Below are positions 33,776 to 46,520 of a stretch of DNA of 64,000 nucleotides, one piece after another (positions within the stretch are counted from its first letter, which is position 1; the number at the start of each line of letters is the position of its first letter). Source of the DNA: a cyanobacterium endosymbiont of Rhopalodia gibba (GTDB lineage: Bacteria > Cyanobacteriota > Cyanobacteriia > Cyanobacteriales > Microcystaceae); NCBI GenBank assembly GCA_045159875.1, contig CP067995.1, positions 2,464,001 to 2,528,000 of the forward strand. The letters run 5' to 3'. The translations under genes were made by a program, and so were the position numbers. Below the pieces are notes generated by a model. The model was not told where the DNA came from. It saw nothing but the letters and a program-made list of their open reading frames with translations, and searched no databases.

Positions 33776-34634
33776 TTGCTACTATCCTAAATTTAATAAT
33801 TAATAATTATTAAATTTTCTTAAAACCTGTTAGGCTAAAAACTCATATAACATTTAAAATGACAAAAAAAAAATTAAAGTTGTTCTTGTAAAGACGAGTA
33901 TAAAAAATATGTATAAAGAACTTTAATTATTTTAATTAAAAAAATAGTATTATTTATGATTTTTTCAACATAGATATCAAATGTTTAAGCGTTCTAACAG
34001 TTTTTTTGATTACATTCGCAAACACAGAAAATAAATTTTAAAAATTTTTAGAAAAGTCTCAGTTTTGCTCAGGCTGTAAAGGGGTTTACTTTAAAAAACT
34101 TCAATTAATTATCATTAAAATATGAAGTAAAAGTTAGCAGAAAACCCCGAATAAGTTTTACGGAGTAAATACTTAGATTTATAACTATTTTGTGGTTTTT
34201 TTATTGATTGCTTATAATTGTTTATTTAAAAAGTTTTTTTACTTTTTTTTAAAAGAGATAAGTTGGTATTTGCTTATACATTTTAAATAATCAAAATTTT
34301 TATTTTTAAAGATTATTATCTCAGATAATTATTAGCATCGTCGTATTTTGAGTTAGTTATTGAAAATAACAACCGTGTCTTTAAATTTTGTAGGACTCAG
34401 GTTTATTGAAGTACACTATTTTAGTTATATATTTATATTCTTATTTGGTTCAGTTTTATCGTATCAATCTTCTTAAAATCATAAATGTTAGCGTTTGTGT
34501 ATTCTAGTACATCTACTGATTCCCATTCATAAATTCTGACTGATAAAAATTTTAAAATTTCTTAAAAATGTAACGAAATGCAAAGTACAATAGAAATAAT
34601 TGTGAATACACCTATTAAGACGAGAAGATTATAG

Positions 34635-36029
<1,395 letters not shown>

Positions 36030-36044
36030 TCTAGGCAACTCAAG

Positions 36045-36106
36045 AAAATAGTCATTAGTTTAGTTGAATTAAACTAATGACTATTTTAGTAACTTAAACT
36101 AATGAC
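36045..36106. repeat. 18-bp perfect inverted repeat plus a 13-nt direct copy of its right arm
   Basis: AAAATAGTCATTAGTTTA (36045-62) / TAAACTAATGACTATTTT (36070-87); TTAAACTAATGAC at both 36069 and 36094. Confidence 0.9.
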
Positions 36107-36209
36107 GAAAAGCTCTTTAGAATGCGACAATGAATGCTAAATATCTAACGGTAAACCATTTAGATAAAGCCCCTTTTTTCTCTATAAACAATCATTCTGC
36201 TTGTGCTGA

Positions 36210-37142
36210 ATGCTGCAATTGCCTGAACCATCCCGAATCCAAAAACAACTCGTCTCCTTGACGGAATCTTACGAACTCTGTCGCCAGATTACGGCAAAAT
36301 TTTCCAAAACATTTTATCTAGGAACGTTGTTAATGCCTCCCGAAAAGCGTCAAGCAATTTGGGCAATCTATGTTTGGTGCCGTCGCACTGATGAATTAGT
36401 TGATGGACCCCAAGCACAATTGACAACCGTAGAAACCCTGCAACGTTGGAAGAAACATTTGGAGATGATATTTTCAGGTCATCCCTTTGATAATGAGGAT
36501 GTAGCCCTAGTTGATACTCTCCGACGCTTTCCCATCGAAATTGAACCATTTCAGGAAATGATTGCAGGACAACAAATGGATTTGTATCAGAGTCGGTATG
36601 AAACTTTTGAAGAATTACAACTGTACTGTTACCGTGTAGCGGGAACGGTGGGGTTGATGTCCAGTTCGGTGTTAGGAATCAATGAAAATAAGTGTAGCGT
36701 TTCTTGGCAAGAAAATCAGTACTACTATATTCCCAAAGAAGAAGCAATAGCCCTCGGAATTGCTAACCAATTAACTAATATTTTACGGGATGTGGGAGAA
36801 GATGCCCAAAGGGGACGGATTTATCTTCCTCTAGAAGATTTAAAAAAATTTAATTACACTCAAGAAGATTTATTAGAGGGTGTTATTGACGAACGGTGGT
36901 GTAACCTAATGCGTTTTGAAATTAAACGCACCCGCCAATATTATCGGGATGCCGAACGAGGAATTCGTTTTCTATGTCGAGATTCTCGTTGGCCAGTATG
37001 GGCAGCATTGATGCTCTATCAAAATATTTTAAACGTGATAGAAGCTAATAACTACGATGTGTTTACCAAACGAGCCTTTGTTCGGACTCCTAAGAAAATA
37101 CTTTATCTTCCGCTGGCTTGGTTACGAGCACAAGTTCTTTGA
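36210..37142 (+). CDS. crtB: phytoene synthase
   Basis: YVWCRRTDELVD, YCYRVAGTVGLM, ANQLTNILRDVGEDAQRGRIYLP. Confidence 0.96.
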   Translation: MLQLPEPSRIQKQLVSLTESYELCRQITAKFSKTFYLGTLLMPPEKRQAIWAIYVWCRRTDELVDGPQAQLTTVETLQRWKKHLEMIFSGHPFDNEDVALVDTLRRFPIEIEPFQEMIAGQQMDLYQSRYETFEELQLYCYRVAGTVGLMSSSVLGINENKCSVSWQENQYYYIPKEEAIALGIANQLTNILRDVGEDAQRGRIYLPLEDLKKFNYTQEDLLEGVIDERWCNLMRFEIKRTRQYYRDAERGIRFLCRDSRWPVWAALMLYQNILNVIEANNYDVFTKRAFVRTPKKILYLPLAWLRAQVL

Positions 37143-37168
37143 AAGATTGTACATCCTAGAGAAGTTTT

Positions 37169-37930
37169 ATGAGCATTCAATTCCATAGATATTCTTAATA
37201 GAAACTGACAATAAGACCAATTAACTAATCAGTTAGGAGCAGCTATTTATTGAGATCATCTCTATGGAACTCCTATTTTAGGCAAAAAGGAGACCGTTAC
37301 AAATTTAACTCGGGAAGATTTACAACACTATCATCAGAATCACTTTACGTCCCGATAATTTAATTGTTAGTTTATCATGTTTTTGAATATTGATTAGGAT
37401 TAGCCTCTTTTTTGGGGAGAAAAAACTTTTGATAATTAATCAATGCCTAATGATTGTTTAATTACACCTACTTTATCTAATCTCGAAGTTCGTCACTGTG
37501 AGAAATTCACTTTTTAAGAAACTCAACAATCCATTGTCATGTCAGGGTATTTAGGTGCAGAAGTACACAGTCCTGATTATCCTATTTTAAATTATTAAGT
37601 CCCTATCTAGGCAATGGATTATCGAGTCGTTTATCTATGAAATTGCGTTAATAACAAGGATTATCTTATGATGGTTTAGAAATTTTTCGTTTATATGGGA
37701 ACTGTTGTTCACAACACTACCATTGCTATTAAACGATTGAAATAAGAAACTGAACGTCTATCGTATCAGGAATTAACTTTTTAGAAATTACAGTCTATCA
37801 CAAATAAGCTACTAAGATAATACGCATTAGGCAAGCAAACTAATTCAGAAATAGCTAACTTATATAGCTGGCATAAAAATTTAAAATTAAAAATTAAATT
37901 TAATCAAAAATTTCAAAATTAAATTAATAA
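37169..37930 (+). pseudogene. M16 (pitrilysin/insulinase) family peptidase pseudogene
   Basis: Fragments AIY*DHLYGTPILGKKETVTNLTREDLQHYHQNHF-PDNLIVS, ETQQSIVMSGYLGAEVHSPDYP, LGNGLSSRL, ALGKQTNSEIA; stops, frameshifts and large deletions. Confidence 0.8.
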
Positions 37931-37984
37931 AATAATCTAAATAATCTAAATAATCTAAATTATTTAGATTATTTAGATTATTTT
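37929..37984. repeat. 26-bp perfect inverted repeat built from 9-bp tandem units
   Basis: AAAATAATCTAAATAATCTAAATAAT-ctaa-ATTATTTAGATTATTTAGATTATTTT. Confidence 0.95.
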
Positions 37985-38356
37985 CGAGGTTATTTGAGTT
38001 GTAGCATTTAATCCTATGAAACCCAATAGTAGATTATTAAACATTTTTTAAGATTTAAATTAGAACCTTTAAAAAATACTTCCAATAATCATTAATTGTC
38101 AAAATTAAGCCGTAGGATATGGAGGAGTTTTCGAGAATTATCTCTACTCTAGAATAGAGTAGAGATAAAATTTAAACTGTTTTATCATAAAATAGTTTAA
38201 AAATAATTTTCGAAGAAATTCTCTTTGTCTTTTAGGATTTGGAAAGGACCTAATCATACTCCTAAAATCGATATTAAGAATTGTCACAAGAAAAGGTGAG
38301 GTGTGTGGGAAGATAGAGAAGGACATTGAATGTCTGATTTGTTAATTCACTCGGTT

Positions 38357-39298
38357 ATGCAACCCTATACCTTAATTGCTCCAGCCAAAATAAATCTGTA
38401 TCTAGAAATCATTCGTGATCGTCCAGATGGTTATCATGAATTGGTAATGATTCTTCAAAGTATTGATTTAGCTGATCGTTTAGAAATTCGTTCTCATGGA
38501 ACCCAAAACTTTCGGTTAACTTGTTCCCACCCTCAAGTTCCCACCAATGAGACCAATTTAGCTTATCGTGCGGCACAATTGATGAAACTTGAATTTAGTG
38601 AAGCTTTCGCTAAATATGGGGGAGTTGATATAACGATAAATAAGCGTATTCCTGTGGCTGCCGGATTAGCTGGAGGCTCAACTAATGCGGCAGCAGTATT
38701 AGTCGGGTTAAATTTAATCTGGGAATTGGGGTTAACTATACCTGAATTACAACGGTTGGGAGAAAAATTAGGATCGGATGTTCCTTTTTGTATCGCCGGA
38801 GGCACCGTGGTCGCTACTGGAAGAGGAGAAAAATTAGTTCCAATAGGAGATCTTGATAGCTTATGGGTGGTATTAGGGAAATACCAAAGCTTAGCAGTTT
38901 CTACTTCTCGGGCTTATCAAACCTATCGGCAGCAATTTAGTCATGAATATGTCAGTGATCGCGCTGTAGTCAGCTCTCGAATATCTAAAGTTTATTCAGG
39001 TCCTTTGGTTCAAGCTATTAGTCACAAAGATAACCAGAAAATTGGTCAATTATTACATAATGATTTAGAGAAAGTAGTTTTACCTGAATATTCCCAGGTT
39101 ATGAAGTTGAGAGAAACATTACAACAAACAGGGGGATTGGGAACGATGATGTCAGGATCAGGCCCAACGATATTTACTCTGTGTCAATCTCAAGAAGAAG
39201 CTAAAAATATCAAAAATCAAGCTAGACAAGCTATTTTGGATCCTGATTTAGAATTGTTCATAGCAAAGTTATCGAGTACAGGAATTCAAATTATTTAA
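38357..39298 (+). CDS. ispE: 4-diphosphocytidyl-2-C-methyl-D-erythritol kinase
   Basis: APAKINLYL, IPVAAGLAGGSTNAA GHMP motif, LGSDVPFC, MSGSGPT; ORF track opens at 38330. Confidence 0.95.
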   Translation: MQPYTLIAPAKINLYLEIIRDRPDGYHELVMILQSIDLADRLEIRSHGTQNFRLTCSHPQVPTNETNLAYRAAQLMKLEFSEAFAKYGGVDITINKRIPVAAGLAGGSTNAAAVLVGLNLIWELGLTIPELQRLGEKLGSDVPFCIAGGTVVATGRGEKLVPIGDLDSLWVVLGKYQSLAVSTSRAYQTYRQQFSHEYVSDRAVVSSRISKVYSGPLVQAISHKDNQKIGQLLHNDLEKVVLPEYSQVMKLRETLQQTGGLGTMMSGSGPTIFTLCQSQEEAKNIKNQARQAILDPDLELFIAKLSSTGIQII

Positions 39299-41153
39299 GT
39301 TAATCTAACAAGTCCTATAAAAGCAAACTTATAATTAGTCTGTTGTATAGACATTTTAATTTTTGTTTTGAGTATATCAAATAAACACTAAAATTGTTTT
39401 TTATCTCTATATTTAAACAGTTAGAGTTTAATCTTGGTTGCTTTACTTTGATTGACATTTTTTAATATAAATCATTTGACTAAAATTTTGTTTTACTGCT
39501 TGGTTAAATTTTATTTCTCTTTAAATATCCTTACGTCAATTTTATAAGTCTTTATTTAATACCATTTTTTTTCTATTATATTTACTTCTGAAATAGAAGT
39601 TAGTAGACTAAATGAATATAATACTTTTTCTCCGATTGTTTCAGTTTTGCTTTAACTAAACCACTTATACAGACTGAATTCCTATTAAGAATAATCACCT
39701 TATTTATTAAAAATAATAGTAATGTTCGGCTTTATATACCCATTTATCTAAAAAATAGATATAATTTTTCATTCTTAAACTACTGTCTAAAAGAGTGAAG
39801 TTAAGACTTTTTATAAAAATTTAATTTTTTTATCATATTTAATTTATTTAACCGATAAAATATCTTTTTATTCGTCATTAATAGTAATTTTATCAATTTT
39901 TAATTGGTTCAATGCCTGAGGTTTCTTTGTATGTAATTTTGACCTTGCTTTTTAAGCATATTTTTTATTTTTGTTATCTTACTAAATTTATTCTAGTGAT
40001 ATTTTTAATGTCATAATTAAACATATATTTAACAAATATTATCTTAAATATTCGAGTATATATGCATTTATATATTAATTAAATTTAATTTAATTTAAAA
40101 ACGATTGATCTTGAGGTAAACGGCAATTTTTTCTATTCAAGGTAAATATTTTATAGTTAATTTGTTATTTCCATGAAGTTTACTGGTGGTTGAATCTTAA
40201 TGCATAAACAAATCCAACTATTCTTATCCCATTTAAAGTCTGATCATGGGTAATCGTGAATCTTTCTATATTTAGAATTTCATATATTAAACTGAGACGA
40301 GAATTCTTTTTATAAGATAGCTGAATTCTCGTTTCAATTGTCGAGTCTTTCTATTTTAGACATATTTTATACAAAAATACAGATTATTATAAAAGTTAAT
40401 TTTGTGTTTTTCTTTTTTCAAACTTTTATATAACTGCTAACTATTATAAGTTTTTTATCCTTTTTTAGGACCTCTTCCTTCCACTTATTGGGAAATCTCA
40501 CAATTATTTTTTTGTCTGAATAATCTATTTGTAAATCGGTTTTCTAATTGTATTTTCTGATATTTGTACCCAAGTTTCTATTTTTTTACTTTCTATACTA
40601 CTACATTTAAGCATAACATTTTACTTTCCTTTCTGTTATAAAAATAATTTTTTAGTCATAAGTTAATTTTAATAGCTCTTGTTAATTTAATTGTGCTTGT
40701 CTAATTTTTAGACAAGCTTGTATCTATAAGATTAAATATTATTGATTTTATCTGATTTTTTTAAAACAAGACAAACTCTCAATTTCTTTGAAATCTAAAT
40801 ACTGAATAGTCAAATGGAAAATGCTCTCTTTGACATCTAACTTTTTCTATTATTTTCTAACCTAACGGATTTTCTCTTATGAGAAGAAACATTATCTAAA
40901 ACAATAATCTTTCCTGATTGAAATCAGGAAAGATCCAATCTTAAAATCAACTTTCATTGCAATCCTCTCAAAAGTTAAAGAAGTCAAAATTAGTTCTTTC
41001 CTTTTTCTTTCCCATATTTTTTATAATAGTGCCTTTCCCCTCCTAGACTATATTCACATGAATAATTTATTCTTTTATTAAACCTGACTTCGTTTAGATA
41101 TACTCTTCTATGATTTTAGCTATTTTTCGCCTTAGCTAGCTTTTTTGTAAAGC

Positions 41154-41209
41154 ATATAAGTTTTTGATCTATTTCTATTTTTTAATAGAAATAGATCAAA
41201 AACTTATAT
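41154..41209. repeat. 26-bp perfect inverted repeat with 4-nt loop
   Basis: ATATAAGTTTTTGATCTATTTCTATT-tttt-AATAGAAATAGATCAAAAACTTATAT. Confidence 0.95.
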
Positions 41210-41599
41210 TGCTCTGAGTCATATTGACCTTTAATAATTGAACTATCTTCATTTGGTCTTTGTTTTAATTCTTTTAATAAAGAATTAAAACTTTTATTCA
41301 ACGCTTAATTACATCCTTGTTCATTAGTAATTTCCATGTAATATCTTGTTTAGGTTTTAAAAAAAAAATAAAATTTAAAGTACTAAGACAAATTGTAAAT
41401 GAACATATAATCTTGACTTTTACGTATGTTTTGTAGTAATTAAATTATTTTAGTGTCCACTATTGGGAATAAGGTATAAGCATAACTAATAGCTCTAACT
41501 CGACCATTTAATTACCTCTTGTTCAAATTTTAAAACTGTCCTAACATCCTTGGTTAGTGCTACAACGATTATTCTTTTAACTACTTTTCTATTCTACGC

Positions 41600-42760
41600 T
41601 CATTTTGTTATTGATATACTTTTACTTGCCATTATTTGGGTTGTTGAAACGTCGACAAAAAGATTCTCAAGACAGCCAAAATAACAGAGATGTTAGTAAC
41701 ACAGCGTGATTACGGTCATAAGAAGGATAAATTGCAGACAGTAACTCAAAATGAATTGATAATAATCCTACATTGAGAGTAATCGCCAGTTTTAAATTTT
41801 AAAAATCATATTTTAATGCCCAGCAAGTTCCCAAAACTATCAATTCCCAGCAAAAAAATTTTGGTTCAACTAAACTAAAATAAGGATAAATTTACCCAAA
41901 GTTGGATCCTGAATGACGCATATTTGAAATTAAGAGCTCGTCCCTATTCAGTCCAGGTTTTCTTAATGCCTTCATATTATTCGTACTCGAATTAGGTTAG
42001 CCTCATCGAGAAAACCTACTCTAAAATCCTATTGAACTGCCCGACGTGCCAAAGTAACATCCTTCCAATTGTTCTAAGCTCTACCACTGAAACAAAAAAT
42101 ACTAACCGTTGGCTACCATTAGTTCTGGGGATTATTCTCGAACTCTGACTGAATTAAACTGATACACCAGGGTCATTAATAGGACTGGTTTCAACAACCG
42201 TTCTCCAACATCTTTAAGGATAAACTGAGAATACAAGGAAGCTATATCGTATATTTCTTCCTTTGTCGCAAAGATCAAACTAGCCACTTAACCCCTGTTG
42301 GGGTTCAATATTCAGCATCAATGCTTAATCCCCATTGACTTTTAGGAAAACTATTAAAAAATCTTGTATGTAATGTTCAAGGACGGCCAACTCATTGGGA
42401 AAGCAAGAGAATATTCGCCATCAAGCAAAACCGAGGATCTGGTTGAGCTGTCTGTTTAACCTTATCTTGAGTGCCATCTTAAAGAATGACTATCGATTAT
42501 CAAAATCTCCCGTACTTTTCGTAACTTTGCTGACTTAATCCTTGCAAACATGAATCAATACGATGGACTTCGTTGAGAGTGTAAAGAATAACGCTAACAG
42601 TCCCTAACTATTCAGGGACGGGAGATTTTGATTTGAGAGGAATGGACAAATTGTCTCTTTGATTAGACAAGATAGGAGAATGAAAGTGTCAATTTTCTAC
42701 AAAAATATAATTACTCAAAAAATAATCCTGTTTTAAGGATTATTGAACAAAATAGACAAA
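41600..42760 (-). pseudogene. cruG: myxol glycosyltransferase CruG (GT2) pseudogene
   Basis: Fragments LGTVSVILYTLNEVHRIDSCLQGLSQQSYE, VREILIIDSHS, DGTQDKVKQ, *VGRP*TLH, SIDAE, SQFILK, VANG*YFL, DVTLARR, RVGFLD, YPSYDR, LFWLS; directly downstream of cruF. Confidence 0.8.
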
Positions 42761-42769
42761 CTAATCACT

Positions 42770-43555
42770 TAGATAGAACCTCAACAGGATTGGCTGACGA
42801 GACATTAATTCTGTTTTTGAAGAAATTAGCTGAGCCTTTGATAATTGCTATGCGATAAAGCGAGACAATAGGAATTCAATCAAAGATAATATCTAAGATA
42901 AATAGAGGAATAAACACCCGCTCCCAAACTAATAATAATGGCGAAAGTAGAATTCCTCACATAAATCGCTAACGGTAGGCTCAGGTCAGTTTTAGATAAA
43001 GTTGGGGAGTTAACTGTTTGTATGAAATTTGCCACAGTCATCAAAGTTGCTCTTATCCCAAAAACCAAAAAGCATAATGGTTTGATTCATGGCAGGAGCT
43101 AATACAAGATCCCAAAAAGTTACATAGAATCGCTACTAATACAATAGCATTTAAGGTTTATGTCCAGATTGGACAAGAGAGACTATTTAATCCTACAACA
43201 GCAACGAGGTAGCCACTGAATCCAATAGAAACCCCGAATAAAAGAATCGAAAATGGAACTAAACACGCAATTTTATTGCCTAATATACTTAAATATATAA
43301 TTACTGAAGGTAAATTCTTTACTTGTCCCGAGTAATTTACTACTCAAAGAAATAACAGTAGCTATTTCTCATAAAATATAGACGACTCCTTCCCCAGCCA
43401 TTGACTAATTAAAAGCGGTTTGACCGATAGCCAATAAACTAGCAACGAAGTTAGGATGAGTCAGTCCAAATCAGTACAAGTCAGGCTAGCCCAAATGCTA
43501 TCGAGATGACATGACCTATCATGAGAGACTGTTCGATGCAGATTAGATTGTTCAT
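42770..43555 (-). pseudogene. cruF: carotenoid 1'-hydroxylase/hydratase CruF pseudogene
   Basis: MNNLICIEQSLMIGHVISIAFGLA*LVL, HPNFVASLLAIGQTAFN*SMAGEGVVYIL, SLSSKLLGTS, LGNKIACLVPF; matches the cyanobacterial CruF pattern; many stops. Confidence 0.8.
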
Positions 43556-43837
43556 TAATATTAAGTTGTCTATTCAAGCAAGCTACCTTCTGGCTTACAA
43601 ATTTTTATGAACAAGTGCTTATCTAGATTTAATAAAATTCAGTTTCCATCTCAAATCTCCAATCCCAAAAACTAATCATATTTGGGTAGGGATCAAGTCT
43701 GGGTAATAAATAAACCAGCAAAACATCTATAGTTTTTGCCATTCCTCCCTTACCTCGATCTTTAGCGAAGGAAGGTTACAACCAAGGAAAAATGGTTAAG
43801 ATAAAGCCAGTAAGCGACATACTCTCCACCGCAATCC

Positions 43838-45091
43838 ATGAATTCTCCTTTAGATGATGCCCCTAACCCCATAATTCGTTCTGTACAGTATCGAGATTTA
43901 GATCCTATAGAACATTTGATTATTCAGATAGCCCAAGAACAGCCCGAGTCAAGTCTTACTGCGTCTATTCAACAATTACAACAAGCACGGCGTTGGTTTG
44001 GACTTCTCAAATTCTTGAGTTGGTTTCCTAACTTGTTCCAACACCATTTTTGTGTTTATATTGCTGAACCAAAAACATTATTAAATCAAGGAACAGAACG
44101 GTTGCAAGGGTTTATTCAAATCAGTCCCTTTAATAGGGGTCGCAGTACCTGGTGTGTAGAACGAGTGGTAATTAACAACCAAGGTTCTCAACCCCAGTTG
44201 ATGACTGATCCTAAAGGAGTAGGATCTCAACTGTTGCGCCACTGTTTTGAAACTCTTTGGGAAGCCAGAACTTGGGTTTTAGAGGTCAATATTAACCAAA
44301 AAAGTACCCTTGCTCTCTATCGTCAGAATGGCTTTCAACCTTTGGCCCAATTAACATATTGGTCTTTGGCACCGAAATTACTCCAAGAACTTGCTCTAGG
44401 AGACTCCGATTTTCCCAACCTTTTACCTGTGAGTAATGCCGATGCTCATCTACTTTATCAGCTTGACTGCGTTTCCATGCCACCTCTGCTGCGTCAAGTA
44501 TTTGATCGCCACCTCCTTGATTTTAAGACTCCCTTTTTGGCGGGGTTAGTCTCTAAATTTCGACAATGGTACGACCACACTGATGTTGCCCAAGGATATG
44601 TGTTTGAACCTCAGCGTAAGGCAGCTGTTGGCTATTTTAAACTAATTTTATGTGACAATGGGTCTAGCCCTCATCAAGCTCAGTTAACGGTGCATCCAGC
44701 TTACACTTGGCTCTATCCCAAGTTGTTCACAAAAATGGCACAAATTGTGCAGAATTTTCCATCCCAAAACTTAGAGTTGGTCTCGACAGATTATCAACAT
44801 GAACGCGAAGAGTATCTCGAGAAATTGGGAGCGCAACGTAATCAACACACTCTGTTGATGTCCCGTTCAGTCTGGCATAAACTAAAAGAGGCTAAGCCTG
44901 AAGGACTACATCTGTCAGAGATGTTGCAAGGATTACAGGCAGTTCCTCGGACTCCTATTCCTAGTCGCATGTCTTGGTTCAAAATATCTTTTAATTCCTC
45001 AGAAAAAAACCCTAATTCACATAATGTAAAACAATCTAGACATAAGCCACAAATCTTAGGAGAGTCTTCTAAGTTTAATGATGAGCCGTAG
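43838..45091 (+). CDS. GNAT family N-acetyltransferase (cyanobacterial, ruvX-linked)
   Basis: KGVGSQLL acetyl-CoA motif, ALYRQNGF; conserved position upstream of ruvX. Confidence 0.85.
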   Translation: MNSPLDDAPNPIIRSVQYRDLDPIEHLIIQIAQEQPESSLTASIQQLQQARRWFGLLKFLSWFPNLFQHHFCVYIAEPKTLLNQGTERLQGFIQISPFNRGRSTWCVERVVINNQGSQPQLMTDPKGVGSQLLRHCFETLWEARTWVLEVNINQKSTLALYRQNGFQPLAQLTYWSLAPKLLQELALGDSDFPNLLPVSNADAHLLYQLDCVSMPPLLRQVFDRHLLDFKTPFLAGLVSKFRQWYDHTDVAQGYVFEPQRKAAVGYFKLILCDNGSSPHQAQLTVHPAYTWLYPKLFTKMAQIVQNFPSQNLELVSTDYQHEREEYLEKLGAQRNQHTLLMSRSVWHKLKEAKPEGLHLSEMLQGLQAVPRTPIPSRMSWFKISFNSSEKNPNSHNVKQSRHKPQILGESSKFNDEP

Positions 45092-45189
45092 AAGCAGTAG
45101 GATGAGGAAGATCACAGCAATAAGTAAACAAGCTGATGGGGAGATATTTTAACTTCTACCTTCTGGCTTACTTGATATAACTAGCTCTA

Positions 45190-45642
45190 ATGATGAAACG
45201 AATTTCGGCCTTAGGCTTAGATGTTGGTAAAAAGCGAATTGGGGTAGCTGGATGTGATGGGACTGGGTTAATTGCAACGGGGTTGACAACAATTCACCGT
45301 ACTTCGTTTTGGGAGGATATTCAACACCTTCAACAATTGATTCACCAACGAGAAGCACAAGTATTAGTTGTAGGACTTCCTTATAATATGGATGGGAGCT
45401 TGGGATTTCAAGCTAAACAAGTCCAAAAGTTTGCCTTGCGTATTTCTCAACCCTTACAACTACCAGTAGAGTATGTCGATGAACGATTAACCTCAATTGA
45501 AGCTACCGCACAACTCAAGACACAAAAACGGTTTTCTACTTGGGACAAAGGGGCAATTGATCGTCAAGCTGCCTGCATTATTTTGCAACAGTGGTTGGAT
45601 TATAAGTGTTCAAGAGTAGGCAACAATCAGAATTTTACTTGA
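45190..45642 (+). CDS. ruvX: YqgF/RuvX nuclease (pre-16S rRNA maturation)
   Basis: LGLDVGKKRIGVA, VVGLP, VDERLTS, IDRQAA. Confidence 0.93.
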   Translation: MMKRISALGLDVGKKRIGVAGCDGTGLIATGLTTIHRTSFWEDIQHLQQLIHQREAQVLVVGLPYNMDGSLGFQAKQVQKFALRISQPLQLPVEYVDERLTSIEATAQLKTQKRFSTWDKGAIDRQAACIILQQWLDYKCSRVGNNQNFT

Positions 45643-46162
45643 GTAAAATTCAATTATGTCTGAATTTTAATTAGATGTACTTTGTGTAATAGAGCATAAT
45701 TTAATCTTCAATATTTTTTTGTTTATAAAAATAAATGTTATTAACAATTGTTTAGTAACATAACAGACTACATAATTATAAACCATATTAACAAACTGTT
45801 TCTGAAGAAATTTACTTTTTTTTATAACAAAAATACTCAGAAAATTTCTGAATTCTATAAGAGTGTTTACCTATCAAAAATTTTTATTTTTTCTCGCGGT
45901 AAATATTTTTTATAAAAAGTTATTTGTAATCTTCTGGAGTATTTATATAAACTGATTTAGTTGCAATATATATAATATTGAGTTACTGTCATTTTTAAAA
46001 TCAGTAAATCATCGAAATAATATTATAGTACCCTATATATTTCACAAACCATTTAACATCTGGGTATAATTGATATATTCATATTAATTGTTGATTATCC
46101 GGCAAATATTTTTACAGTTCTAGCAAGTCTATTATGTAAATTAATTAATTAATATTAACTCT

Positions 46163-46520
46163 TTGAAAGCCTTTTCAAAAATTCAGCTTACAGAATTAGA
46201 ATAACAAGAACTATCAAAGTTGACTCGGGACACCAAAATCACCTTTAGAACTAGAACAAGGATAGGAATGTTCTGTTTAAATCTGAAAGGGCGGAAAGTC
46301 AAAGAAATTGTACATTGGGTGAAACTGTTAGAAAATACAATTAGAAAAACAATGTCTATATGAATTATTCAAGAAAGAGAAGGATTTACAAGTTACCGAA
46401 TTTACAGATACTCTTAAATAGAGTATATCTGAAGAAATAAAGTGAGCGCTATAAAAAATAAGTATAAATTAAATTGTTATAAGAGAAGATGGCTGTCAGA
46501 ACTCTTACAAACAAATCAAC
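46163..46520 (+). mobile_element. IS630-family transposase N-terminal remnant
   Basis: IQLTELE*QELSKLTRDTKITFRTRTRIGMFCLNLKGRKVKEIVHWVKLLENTIRKTMSI*IIQEREG resembles the HTH N-terminus of cyanobacterial IS630 transposases; no DDE domain or terminal repeats seen. Confidence 0.55.
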
